A stretch of 63,935 nucleotides of DNA, counting the filler, from Candidatus Zapsychrus exili (GTDB lineage Bacteria > Omnitrophota > Gorgyraeia > Zapsychrales > Zapsychraceae), in assembly GCA_030765585.1 (NCBI GenBank). It is 5 parts of 5 records of this genome, joined end to end, with 100 filler letters (N's around TTAATTAATTAA, not from the genome) between each part and the next. Parts side by side here need not be neighbours in the genome. Positions count along the whole stretch, not along the records: positions 25,242 to 54,380 come from JAVCCJ010000097.1; 4 more parts are not named here. One strand, 5' to 3'. A model generated the notes under the pieces. That model was not told where the DNA came from. It did no database searches and saw nothing but the letters and a program-made list of their open reading frames with translations. Below, piece after piece: positions 29,872 through 40,289 of this stretch. Both the position numbers and the translations under genes were made by a program. Numbering within the stretch: the stretch's first letter is position 1; each line of letters begins with the position of its first letter.

Positions 29872-32448
29872 TTAGATTTCTTTCATTTCAAGCCAATTAT
29901 CGCCGGCTTTAATGCTTACCTTAATCGGAACTGAAAGCTTTAGCGCGCCTTCCATAAAATCGCGAGCAAGTGTGATCAACTTTTCTTCTTCAGACTTAAC
30001 AACATCAAAAACCAACTCATCGTGAACAGTAATGAGCATCTTCGATTCCATCTCTTGCTTTATCATTTCGTTCTCAACATCAATCATTGCAATTTTCATC
30101 AAATCTGCAGCAGAACCTTGAACAGGAGTGTTTATTGCCTGTCGTTGCGCGAACTGACGAATAGAATTGTTCTGAGCTAAAATATCTGGAATGTATCTGC
30201 GTCTGTTTAGAAGAGTCATTACAAAACCTTTTTGCTCGCATTCACTTATCGTATTGGTCATAAATTCTTTAACCTTCGGATATCTTAGGAAATATTTATC
30301 AATAAATTCCTGCGCCTCAAATGGCGAGATATTTAAGTCCTTTGATAATCCAAATGAGCTCATTCCGTAAACAATACCAAAATTAACTCTCTTTGCCGTG
30401 TTTCTCATTTCCTTTGTCACGTCTACCTGATCGATATCAAATATCAAAGATGCGGTAAAGCTGTGAATATCTTGATCATTTTTAAAAGCCTCTGTAAGCA
30501 TCTCATCGCCTGATAAATGCGCCAATATCCTTAACTCTATCTGAGAATAATCAACTGCTAAAAGCGTTCTTCCTTTTGATGGAACAATTGCTTTTCTAAC
30601 CTGCCTTCCTAATTCTGTTCTTATCGGAATATTTTGCAAGTTCGGTTTGCTCGAGCTTAGGCGACCTGTTTCAGTTCCTGTCTGATTAAATTGCGCGTGT
30701 ATTCTGCCGGTATCTTCATCAATTAGCTTTGGCAAAGCGTCAATGTACGTTGATTTAAGTTTCGCTATTTGACGATACTCTAGCAACAACTTTGGAAATT
30801 CGTAAGTCTTAGCTAACTTTGTAAGAACGCCTTCATCGGTTGAGAACCCTGTCTTTGTTTTTTTGACAGGCGGTAAGCTCAACTTATCAAACATAATGTG
30901 ACTTAGCTGCTTTGGTGAATTTAAATTAAATTCTTCTCCTGCCTGCTCGTAAAGATCAGCAGTAAGTGTCTTTATCTTTTTATCGCCGTCTTTTGATAAT
31001 TGAGCAAGAAGGTCCAGATCAAGCGCAACTCCGTATTTTTCCATTTTTGATAATACGTAAGTAAGCGGCATCTCTATTTTATTAAATAAATCTACTAACT
31101 CTTTAGACTTAAGCTCTTCTGTCATCAAAGGATACACATCGTAAACAGCCTTTACTTCACTTGGGCTTTTATTTTGCTCTGGCAATGTTATCTTAAGATG
31201 ATTCCAGGCAATGTCAGTAACACTAAAAGACCCTTGCGCTGGTCTTATCAAATACCCTGCGACCATTACGTCAAAAATATCACCTCTATCTTTTTCTAGT
31301 TCGCTTAAAAACTCAATATCAGATAATTCTCTTAAGACACCTTTAAGATTGTGTGTTATTTTTGTGATTGCCTTGTCTTCGAATATTGAACCTAGCTTTT
31401 GAGCCATTTCCTTAGAAACGCAAACAACTTCATCTTTTCTTGTTGCGATTAAAAGTCCTTCCGTTGAAAACAAATCTTCTGTCTCTTTTTTATCAACAAG
31501 AAAGGCAAACTTACCTTCTTCTTTTATTTCTTTTATCAAAGAACTTAAAGCCTCATCGTCTTGAATCGACTTTAAGGTTATTTCTTTTTCATCTTTAGAA
31601 CCAACTTCATCTGCAAGCTTTTTAAACTCTAGCTCCTTAAACAATTCAAAAAGTCTTTCATTATTTGGAGCCTCCACCTTTAGCTGCTTTAAATCAATTT
31701 GAAAAGGAACAGTTATAACAAGTACTGCTAGTTCTTTGCTTAAAAAAGCGGTGTCCTTATTGAGTGTTAACTTTTCTTTAAGCTTCTCTGGCTTTATTTC
31801 ATCTAAATGCTCGTAAACACCTTCTAGGTCACCGTACTGATTTATCAGCTTTTTCGCTGTTACCTCGCCAACGCCTAAAACTCCTGGAATGTTATCTGAC
31901 TGATCACCTGCAAAGCCAATAAAATCAACCATCTTCTCCGGAGCAAATCCAAGCAATTCTTCTACGTCCTTACAATCAAGCAGCTTATCTTTTCTGGCGC
32001 TGAAAAACTTAACCTTATCATCTAGGAGCTGATACAAATCTTTATCTTCACTTACAATTACCACTTCAATGTCCTCATCAAATTTGTGCTTTGAAAGTGT
32101 CGCGATGATGTCGTCTGCCTCAAAACCGCCTAATTCAAATATTGATAAATTGTAAGCCTTAATAACATCTTTTATTATCGGCATTTGATCAATCAGTTCG
32201 TCTGGCATTTTAGGGCGCTGTATCTTGTACTCTGCGAACTTTTCCTGACGATGCGTCTTCTTTTTTGAATCAAAACAAACTGCAACGTATTCAGGGTCAA
32301 AGTCGCGTAATATCTTCTTTAAGATATTAATAACTCCAAAGACAGCATTTGTCGGTTGTCCCTTGCTTGTTGAGAGTCCCCGAACCGCGTAAAAAGAGCG
32401 ATAACATATTGTATGAGCATCAATTAAAAATAATCTAGGCTTTGCCAT
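29872..32448 (-). CDS. polA: DNA polymerase I
   Basis: 5'-3' exonuclease (EADD, GDQSDNIPGV) and polymerase (TGRLSS, DYSQIELRILAH, AKRVNFGIVYG, VHDELVF) motifs. Confidence 0.97.
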   Translation of the reverse strand: MAKPRLFLIDAHTICYRSFYAVRGLSTSKGQPTNAVFGVINILKKILRDFDPEYVAVCFDSKKKTHRQEKFAEYKIQRPKMPDELIDQMPIIKDVIKAYNLSIFELGGFEADDIIATLSKHKFDEDIEVVIVSEDKDLYQLLDDKVKFFSARKDKLLDCKDVEELLGFAPEKMVDFIGFAGDQSDNIPGVLGVGEVTAKKLINQYGDLEGVYEHLDEIKPEKLKEKLTLNKDTAFLSKELAVLVITVPFQIDLKQLKVEAPNNERLFELFKELEFKKLADEVGSKDEKEITLKSIQDDEALSSLIKEIKEEGKFAFLVDKKETEDLFSTEGLLIATRKDEVVCVSKEMAQKLGSIFEDKAITKITHNLKGVLRELSDIEFLSELEKDRGDIFDVMVAGYLIRPAQGSFSVTDIAWNHLKITLPEQNKSPSEVKAVYDVYPLMTEELKSKELVDLFNKIEMPLTYVLSKMEKYGVALDLDLLAQLSKDGDKKIKTLTADLYEQAGEEFNLNSPKQLSHIMFDKLSLPPVKKTKTGFSTDEGVLTKLAKTYEFPKLLLEYRQIAKLKSTYIDALPKLIDEDTGRIHAQFNQTGTETGRLSSSKPNLQNIPIRTELGRQVRKAIVPSKGRTLLAVDYSQIELRILAHLSGDEMLTEAFKNDQDIHSFTASLIFDIDQVDVTKEMRNTAKRVNFGIVYGMSSFGLSKDLNISPFEAQEFIDKYFLRYPKVKEFMTNTISECEQKGFVMTLLNRRRYIPDILAQNNSIRQFAQRQAINTPVQGSAADLMKIAMIDVENEMIKQEMESKMLITVHDELVFDVVKSEEEKLITLARDFMEGALKLSVPIKVSIKAGDNWLEMKEI

Positions 32449-32575
32449 TATCTTTTAAATTTCGTTTATTTTAGAATTTTATATTATTTGGAATTTGAAT
32501 CAGTATTGCGACCAACAAAGTTTCTTAAGAAAAGGTCGTAATCTCTAGTGGGGACGCGCGAAAACAAATAAAAAA

Positions 32576-33448
32576 CTAATCTGTCGCTCCACTAGATTCT
32601 TCTGAAATGATGGAAAGTATTTCTTGGGCTTCTTTTCTCGCGGAGTTAAGATCTCCCTCATCTAACTTCTCTTCTACTTGTTTAAACTGCTCTCTTATTT
32701 TGCTCCTAATCCTTTCTTTTTCCACCGCTTCAATAGCTTTAACAACCTTTGGGTTTTGTGGTGTTATCTTTAGAGCTGACCTAAGTTCTGCTGCTGCCTT
32801 ATCGTAGGCGCCCTGCTCTAAATATTCATTGCTTTTCCTAAAATGTTCGCTTGAATGCTGTAGCTTTGTTTCAAGATCTTCTTTTATTCTTGCAGATAAT
32901 TCTTCAGACAATGCTACTACTTGACTCTCTATTTCTTCTCTTTGTCTCGAATAAATAACTTCCTGATATTCTGGACGAATTTTAAGTATTTCGTATCTTA
33001 CTTTCTGCGTCCACTTATCATTAGGATCACCTGATTCGTAACGTATCTTAAAATATTTGTAAGCCTTTTCTAACTGACCTAATTTCTTGTAAAAATAAGC
33101 TAGATTTGAATACGCTGGCAAATAATCTTTATTAATATAAATGGCTCTTAAATAACATTCTTCGGCTCTTTGATTAAGCTCTGCTTCTTCGTAAAGAACT
33201 CCCAAATCATTGTAAGCAACAGCGTTTTCAGTTCCTGTACCTAAGGTCAATGCCTTAACGTAATAGGCCAAAGCTTCGTCAATATTACCTCTTTTTTGAG
33301 CTTCATACCCTTTAGCTCTGTAATCTTTCGCTGTATCAAGCGCTGTATTTGCTAAAACTTTTGAATGAAAGGTAACTAAAGAAATGAATAAAAGAAAACT
33401 AAAAAGAATACGGATAGATTTTTTCCTTATGTTATTTGCATTAAGCAT
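32576..33448 (-). CDS. Exported TPR-repeat protein
   Basis: Hydrophobic N-terminal segment, AYNDLGVLY and AYSNLAY TPR repeats; start shortened to ATG 33448. Confidence 0.75.
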   Translation of the reverse strand: MLNANNIRKKSIRILFSFLLFISLVTFHSKVLANTALDTAKDYRAKGYEAQKRGNIDEALAYYVKALTLGTGTENAVAYNDLGVLYEEAELNQRAEECYLRAIYINKDYLPAYSNLAYFYKKLGQLEKAYKYFKIRYESGDPNDKWTQKVRYEILKIRPEYQEVIYSRQREEIESQVVALSEELSARIKEDLETKLQHSSEHFRKSNEYLEQGAYDKAAAELRSALKITPQNPKVVKAIEAVEKERIRSKIREQFKQVEEKLDEGDLNSARKEAQEILSIISEESSGATD

Positions 33449-33533
33449 AATATATTTATTCACTTTTGTCAAAAAAAATAAATGAGCACATAATTTACGC
33501 AACTAAAAGGAACATAAATTGAGGTGCGAATTT

Positions 33534-33555
33534 ATCCCTGCGAAAGCAGGAATCC
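33534..33555. repeat. Partial ATCCCTGCGAAAGCAGGAATCC hairpin of the same palindrome family
   Basis: Similar to 27510-27537. Confidence 0.6.
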
Positions 33556-33566
33556 CATGTTTAACC

Positions 33567-34820
33567 TTAAACAGATTCGCTAATTTCTTTATTTTCAGTA
33601 TCTTCTGCCGCAAAACTAAGATCAACGGCTCCATCGCCTACAAAGTCTTCAAGGCTGCTTACGCTTTTTCTTTCTTCTATTAACTTTAAAAATCTGTCTT
33701 TTTCGTGATCACAATTTATTAAGACAGCCCCTACTATTGTTTCATCCTTTACAAAGACTTTCCTTAAAACTCCAGAGTCTTCATCAAGTTTCTGTACCTC
33801 TAAAATACTATCATCTTTTTCTACATCACACAAAGAAATTATTGAAAAATCCTCTGTTTTCGCAAATAAAGGCTGTATCTTAGATTCAAACTTCTGATCT
33901 TGACCCATTATCTTAGAGGCCAAAATATCTCCTTTGTATTCCGACTCACTTAAAGTAAGAAAATCGCTATCAAATGTTGTTCCATCCGAACACTCGCAAG
34001 TGTTTCCTATTGCAAAAACATCTTCTAGGTTTGTCTGAAATTGCTCATTTACTTTTATCTTGCCCGTGTCTCCAATATCTAAGCCTGCAAACATTCTTAA
34101 ATCTTCTTTTGCATCGCAAAATACTAATATCTGAGTTGCAATTACTTTTCCCCTACCTAACCTAACAGCTTTTATGTAGCTGTCTCCCAATATCTCAGAT
34201 ATTGATTCTTGACCAATAAAACGTATCCCTAAGCCTTTTAAATTGTTTAATAGCCAATCACCCTCTTCAGAGTTAATGATTGAAGAGACAGCAGATCTAT
34301 CAGATGAAACTAGAATAACTTCTTTTCTGTTCTCTGCAAATGCCATTGCCGCCTGAAGTCCGGAAAAGTTATCAGCCCGAACAACAATCGTTTCTGTAAT
34401 TGATATCAAACTTAATATTTCATTTATCTTATCTAAATTCTTAAAATCGTAAACGCCGTCTTTGTTCGCTCCCTTGATATCTGGCAGCTTACCACAAGGC
34501 GCACTCGCTATTACAAGCAAGTCGTAATCTATCTGTTCTTTGTCTTCTGTAAAAAGTTTCTTTTTATTAAAATTTACTCTTACTATTTTTTTATCTAAAA
34601 CAACATTAATACGATTCGTTTGATAAAATTCTTGTGGCCTACAAGAAATATCATCTTGCGAAACGCTGCTAGCAAGATATTTAGGCAATAGCTCGCTGTT
34701 GTAAGGCTGATGAGCCTCCCAAGGTATTATTGTCAATTCACTTTCATTATCTTGTAAACGAATCTTTTCGAGTGCCTTTATACTTGCGGCGGAATTTCCT
34801 AGTACAACTATTTTCTTCAT
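33567..34820 (-). CDS. FAD-dependent pyridine nucleotide-disulphide oxidoreductase-like protein (rubredoxin reductase/NirB N-terminal-like, divergent)
   Basis: YDLLVIAS, VNEQFQTNLEDVFAIG and IVGAVLIN motifs; glycine motifs degenerate. Confidence 0.75.
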   Translation of the reverse strand: MKKIVVLGNSAASIKALEKIRLQDNESELTIIPWEAHQPYNSELLPKYLASSVSQDDISCRPQEFYQTNRINVVLDKKIVRVNFNKKKLFTEDKEQIDYDLLVIASAPCGKLPDIKGANKDGVYDFKNLDKINEILSLISITETIVVRADNFSGLQAAMAFAENRKEVILVSSDRSAVSSIINSEEGDWLLNNLKGLGIRFIGQESISEILGDSYIKAVRLGRGKVIATQILVFCDAKEDLRMFAGLDIGDTGKIKVNEQFQTNLEDVFAIGNTCECSDGTTFDSDFLTLSESEYKGDILASKIMGQDQKFESKIQPLFAKTEDFSIISLCDVEKDDSILEVQKLDEDSGVLRKVFVKDETIVGAVLINCDHEKDRFLKLIEERKSVSSLEDFVGDGAVDLSFAAEDTENKEISESV

Positions 34821-34830
34821 CTGAATTTAC

Positions 34831-35694
34831 TTAACCTTCCATTTGTATCTTAAAAGCTACAATACAATTTTTCATCAAGCTAACAACAGTCACTGGACCA
34901 ACTCCACCAGGGACAGGCGTGATGTAAGCTGCTTTTTCTTTTGCTGTATCAAATTCAACATCACCTACAATCTTATCTCCATCTTGATTAATTCCCACAT
35001 CAATAACAATCGCACCTTCTTTAATCCAATCGCCCTTAATCACAGACTTTCTTCCAACAGCAACAACTAAAACATCTGCGCGCGATACGTGCTCTTCTAA
35101 TTTTCCTGCCTCGCTTGTTGCGATGTGACAGATAGTTACTGTTGCATATTGATCTAATAAAAGCAGACTTAAGGGTTTTCCAACTATTTCGCTGTGTCCT
35201 ACAATAACAGCTTCCTTACCCCTTAAATCAATGCCGGTTGATTTGATGTGTTCCATTGCTGATGCTGGTGTACACGGAATTATCTTTGTCTCGCCTAATA
35301 TCATTCTTCCAATATTATTTGCATTAATGCCTTCGAGGTCTTTAGCTGTATCTAGATGTTTTGCTGCAGCGTTGTAATCTATTTGACTTGGCACTGGCTT
35401 GTGAATCATTATTCCGTTTACATTTTTATCTTTATTTAACTCTTCTATTTTTTTAACAATTTCATCCTGAGTTACATCTTCAGGGAATATTGCAAGTTCG
35501 TATTTAATACCAATATCTTCTGCTTGTCGTTTTTGAGAATTTGCGTAGGCGCAGGCGCTGTGATTCTCTCCTATCATTATGTTGACCATCGAAGGGGTCT
35601 TTGAAGTTTCTTTAAGAAGCACTTCGATCTCTTTTTTAAGAGCGACCTTTAGGTCTTGCGATAATTTTCTTCCATCTAATATTTGTGCAGACAT
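34831..35694 (-). CDS. folD: Methylenetetrahydrofolate dehydrogenase FolD
   Basis: PCTP, GHSEIVGKP, VIDVGIN, GDVEF and ITPVPGGVGP motifs. Confidence 0.95.
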   Translation of the reverse strand: MSAQILDGRKLSQDLKVALKKEIEVLLKETSKTPSMVNIMIGENHSACAYANSQKRQAEDIGIKYELAIFPEDVTQDEIVKKIEELNKDKNVNGIMIHKPVPSQIDYNAAAKHLDTAKDLEGINANNIGRMILGETKIIPCTPASAMEHIKSTGIDLRGKEAVIVGHSEIVGKPLSLLLLDQYATVTICHIATSEAGKLEEHVSRADVLVVAVGRKSVIKGDWIKEGAIVIDVGINQDGDKIVGDVEFDTAKEKAAYITPVPGGVGPVTVVSLMKNCIVAFKIQMEG

Positions 35695-35729
35695 ATTTTA
35701 TCCTGTGTTTATTATTGTATCCTCGCCTT

Positions 35730-35832
35730 GTCATTGCGAGAAAGTGTTCAGAAAATCCAAACCAACGCGGCAATCTAATTTTTCTAAGATTGCTTCGTTG
35801 CTTCGAATGATTGATTAGCGCCTCGCAAAGAC
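35730..35832. repeat. GTCATTGCGAG-family palindromic repeat
   Basis: GTCATTGCGAG...CGCGGCAATCT...AGATTGCTTCG...CTCGCAAAGAC between fchA and folD. Confidence 0.85.
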
Positions 35833-35849
35833 GACTCGAAAAGTAACAA

Positions 35850-36329
35850 CTATTGCTTGGTCAAGACTATTGCGCTGTTGTAAGAGGCGAAAATCATTTC
35901 AATTGCTATTTCGATATCGCCCATCAAATTTTTGTTTCCCTCTTCTACCAAGAAAGATACTAGTCCGAGTTCTTTGTAACAAAGCTTACAAACCTCAAGC
36001 GGAATACCACGAGCTTTTTTTGCAGCCTTTTTTTGCTCGCTTACCGATTTATCTCGTGCGGCGACAACTCCTTTGTACGCATCTGCGTCTAAATCAATTA
36101 ATTCAATAAGTCTTTTTCTTATTTTCTCGCTATCTAAAATTATCTTCTTTATCTTGCTTTCTTTAGCCTTTTTGCCAGTCTTACCCTTAGAATAGTTTGC
36201 GACCATAAGTACAAGTGAGGAAGCTGTTGCTCCCACTAAAGCAGCAACAGAACCGCCACCCGGAGTTGGCTTTTTCTCTGATAACACCTTCAAATAATCA
36301 CTTATTAAGTAATTTTTGTATTTTTTCAT
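35850..36329 (-). CDS. fchA: Cyclodeaminase/methenyl-THF cyclohydrolase family protein (FTCD_C)
   Basis: PTPGGGSVAA, IDLDADAY and GNKNLMGD motifs; adjacent to folD. Confidence 0.85.
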   Translation of the reverse strand: MKKYKNYLISDYLKVLSEKKPTPGGGSVAALVGATASSLVLMVANYSKGKTGKKAKESKIKKIILDSEKIRKRLIELIDLDADAYKGVVAARDKSVSEQKKAAKKARGIPLEVCKLCYKELGLVSFLVEEGNKNLMGDIEIAIEMIFASYNSAIVLTKQ

Positions 36330-36522
36330 GATTGATTGTTTGGAATATATTAAGTACTGCTATTAATTGTCTTTGAATTGGAGATATTGCGGGAGATCCG
36401 CTTCGACTTCCTACCTGTATCTAGGATTACATCATAACTTAAACTTCAATATTTTGCAATATTTTATAATAAATAATAAATAATACTAATTCTTATTATT
36501 TTAATATTAATAAAGAGGTCAT

Positions 36523-36894
36523 TTAGTCAGAATCAAATGCTCCTTTAATTACCTCTATTTCCTTTATTTCATTATCATCACTTAACAATATCGACAATAC
36601 ATCAAATCTAATATCTGTATCACAAATATTGTTTTTCGCTAAGTATATTTTTGCCGCATTGATTATTTTACCCTGCTTGCTTACTAGCACGGCTTCATAC
36701 CCTACCCCAAAGTCTAAAGACTTTCTTGTTTTTACCTCAATGAAGCAAATTACCTTTTTATCTTTAGCAATTATGTCTATCTCACCTATTCTTGTTAAAA
36801 AATTCCTCTCTACTATCTTGTACCCATTTTTCTTTAAAAATGATACAGCAAGATCTTCTCCGATTTTACCTAAATTCTTTTTTTCTTTTGTCAT
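36523..36894 (-). CDS. yraN: YraN (UPF0102) family nuclease-like protein
   Basis: GEDLA, ERNF...GEIDII, FIEVKTR and RFDV motifs. Confidence 0.92.
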   Translation of the reverse strand: MTKEKKNLGKIGEDLAVSFLKKNGYKIVERNFLTRIGEIDIIAKDKKVICFIEVKTRKSLDFGVGYEAVLVSKQGKIINAAKIYLAKNNICDTDIRFDVLSILLSDDNEIKEIEVIKGAFDSD

Positions 36895-36909
36895 TCGTTG
36901 GCAGATATT

Positions 36910-37548
36910 TTAAGGCAAGGCGACTTTAAAAGTCTTTCGATGAATTTCTGAGGGACCAAATTCTCTAATAGCAAGCCTGTGTTGTAATGTTCCGTATCCT
37001 TTGTGCTTCTTAAAACCATACTCTGGAAAAATCTTATCGTATATCGCTATCATTCTGTCTCTTGTAACCTTAGCCACTATTGACGCACAAGAAATAGAAA
37101 AAACATGATTATCTCCGCCTACAACAGTTTTGTAAGGATAAGGAGACTTTAGCATAAATTTGTCTCCGTCTACTAGAAGACATATTTTGCTTTTGAAATT
37201 TTGTTCTTTGGTTATTTCTTCTGGCAGCTGTGAGACAAGATGCTCAACAGCATTTCTCATCGCGTAAAATGTAGCACGAAGAATATTGTGCTGGTCTATT
37301 ACAAGTTCGTTTATTACACCAACACCCACGTAGGCCTTTTCATATATTTCACAAAATGCCTTTTCTCGCTTTGACGCAGAAATCTTTTTTGAATCGCATA
37401 TTTTATTTTGGAAGTCTTCTGTGCGAACAGCAACTGCAGATGCAACTACTGGACCTGCTAAAGGTCCACGCCCGGCCTCATCGATGCCGACAATCAAGTC
37501 AAAACCTTTTTCTTTGACCTTATTTTCGTATTCTAACATTTGGGTCAT
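36910..37548 (-). CDS. rnhB: Ribonuclease HII
   Basis: GIDEAGRGPLAGPV, DSKK, ASIVAKVTRD and HKGYGT motifs. Confidence 0.96.
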   Translation of the reverse strand: MTQMLEYENKVKEKGFDLIVGIDEAGRGPLAGPVVASAVAVRTEDFQNKICDSKKISASKREKAFCEIYEKAYVGVGVINELVIDQHNILRATFYAMRNAVEHLVSQLPEEITKEQNFKSKICLLVDGDKFMLKSPYPYKTVVGGDNHVFSISCASIVAKVTRDRMIAIYDKIFPEYGFKKHKGYGTLQHRLAIREFGPSEIHRKTFKVALP

Positions 37549-37573
37549 TCTTTTTTATTTTTAATAATGCCCC

Positions 37574-37652
37574 TGATTTCACCGATTAAAAATAGATTTC
37601 ACCGATCAAAAACATACCATCTGTATAATCTTATTTAAAAATCTGTGTAATC
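37574..37652. repeat. Short direct repeats GATTTCACCGAT x2 and ATCTGT(A/G)TAATC x2
   Basis: Seen directly between rplS and rnhB. Confidence 0.55.
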
Positions 37653-37686
37653 AAACGCCGATACAAATCCTTAAAAAAGGCGTTCT

Positions 37687-38049
37687 TTATTGCGTTTGTC
37701 TTTTTTTTACCTTAGCCTTTTTACCTATTCTATCTCTTAGGTAATAAAGCTTAGCACGTTTAACAATACCCTTGCTAAGAACTTTGATGCTATCAATAAC
37801 TGGAGAATTAAGCGGGAATGTTCTTTCAACTCCTTCTCCGTAAGAGATCTTACGTACAGTAAAAGTTGCGCGAATGCCTCTTCCTGTCTTTCTTATTACA
37901 GTTCCTTCAAAAGGATGAAAACGTGTCTTATCAGCTTCTTGAACTTTAATTTTCATTTTTAAAGTATCTCCAACTTCAAAATCAGGGAGATCTGAACGTA
38001 TACCTCTATCATTAATTTCTTTAATTGTTGCTCCTACATTAGTAACCAT
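37687..38049 (-). CDS. rplS: 50S ribosomal protein L19
   Basis: FEVGDT, TFTVRKISYGEGVERTFP and RAKLYYLR motifs. Confidence 0.97.
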   Translation of the reverse strand: MVTNVGATIKEINDRGIRSDLPDFEVGDTLKMKIKVQEADKTRFHPFEGTVIRKTGRGIRATFTVRKISYGEGVERTFPLNSPVIDSIKVLSKGIVKRAKLYYLRDRIGKKAKVKKRQTQ

Positions 38050-38071
38050 TTAAAACTACCTCCTATTTACT

Positions 38072-38152
38072 GTCATTCCTTACAAAGGTAAGAAATCTTT
38101 TCTTTACTGACGAGATTCCGGTCTTTTTGCTTACGCTTAAAACCAGAATGAC
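38072..38152. repeat. GTCATTCC...GAATGAC palindromic element between trmD and rplS
   Basis: Ends GTCATTCC and AGAATGAC; second half similar to 27574-27614. Confidence 0.75.
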
Positions 38153-38156
38153 AACA

Positions 38157-38840
38157 TTATTTATTATTTTTGTCCATTAAGTCTGGTCGGTTTTTCTTCG
38201 TCTTTAAAACAGATTGTTCCGTTTGCCAGTCTTTTATTGATTTATGATGCCCAGATAGTAACACATTTGGAACCTTTTTGCCACGAAAATTTGAAGGTCT
38301 TGTATATTGTGGATATTCCAGCAAATTACCCTCAAAAGACTCATCTACTAGCGATGCTTCTTTTCCCAACACTCCTGGAATAAGCCTTACTAAGCAATCT
38401 ACTAAAACTGCTGCTGGAAGCTCGCCTCCAGTTAAGACGTAATCGCCAATTGATATTGTTTCATCAACAATGTTATCAGCGACTCTCTGATCAATTCCTT
38501 CATAATGTCCACATAGTATAATCAAATTTTTAATTTTCGCCAATTTTTTTGCATTTTTTTGCTTTAAGGGTTTTCCGGTTGGGCACATCAAAATTACCTT
38601 GGCATCCCTTCTGCCTTTTATCTTTTTTACTGCATCAAAAAATGGCTGAGGCGTCATCACCATTCCAGGTCCGCCACCAAAAGGTCTATCATCTACCTTT
38701 TTGTGCTTATCTAAAGTAAAATCCCTTAAATTATGCACCTTTATCTTTAGCTTCTTTTTCTCTTGAGCTATTTTCATAATAGACTCATTTAAAATTGGCT
38801 TAAACATCTCTGGAAAAATTGTAATTATATCTATTCTCAT
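38157..38840 (-). CDS. trmD: tRNA (guanine37-N1)-methyltransferase
   Basis: VDDRPFGGGPGM, CGHYEGIDQR, SIGDYVLTGGE and YPQYTRP motifs; start moved to ATG 38840 (GAGGT SD). Confidence 0.97.
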   Translation of the reverse strand: MRIDIITIFPEMFKPILNESIMKIAQEKKKLKIKVHNLRDFTLDKHKKVDDRPFGGGPGMVMTPQPFFDAVKKIKGRRDAKVILMCPTGKPLKQKNAKKLAKIKNLIILCGHYEGIDQRVADNIVDETISIGDYVLTGGELPAAVLVDCLVRLIPGVLGKEASLVDESFEGNLLEYPQYTRPSNFRGKKVPNVLLSGHHKSIKDWQTEQSVLKTKKNRPDLMDKNNK

Positions 38841-38898
38841 AATGAATAACCTCACTTCGTTCGGAACTATTACATTGAAACAATCAAGCATTCTAATT

Positions 38899-40059
<1,161 letters not shown>

Positions 40060-40074
40060 CTATTCTTTTTTTAC

Positions 40075-40286
40075 TCACTACGTAGTGACTACGTAGTTGT
40101 TCTATTTCTACCTCTGTCATTCCTGCTCATATGCGTCATTGCGAGGAGGTGTTCAAAAATTTAAAACCGACGCGGCAATCTAGAATGAGATTGCTTCGTC
40201 GCCTTGACCTGCTGATTAGCTTCTCGCAATGACATAAAAACCTTAAAAACGAGATCCCTGCTTCCGCTTCGCTCCACAGGGATGAC
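40075..40286. repeat. Repeat cluster: TCACTACGTAGTGA palindrome plus a GTCATTGCGAG element (40135-40233) nested in a GTCATTCCTGC...GGGATGAC element (40116-40286)
   Basis: Terminal motifs read directly in the queA-tgt intergenic region. Confidence 0.8.
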
Positions 40287-40289
40287 ACG

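Noticed and set aside
32503..32540. ATTGCGACC...GGTCGTAAT hairpin upstream of polA as an ncRNA
   Set aside because: Single short imperfect stem with no family resemblance.
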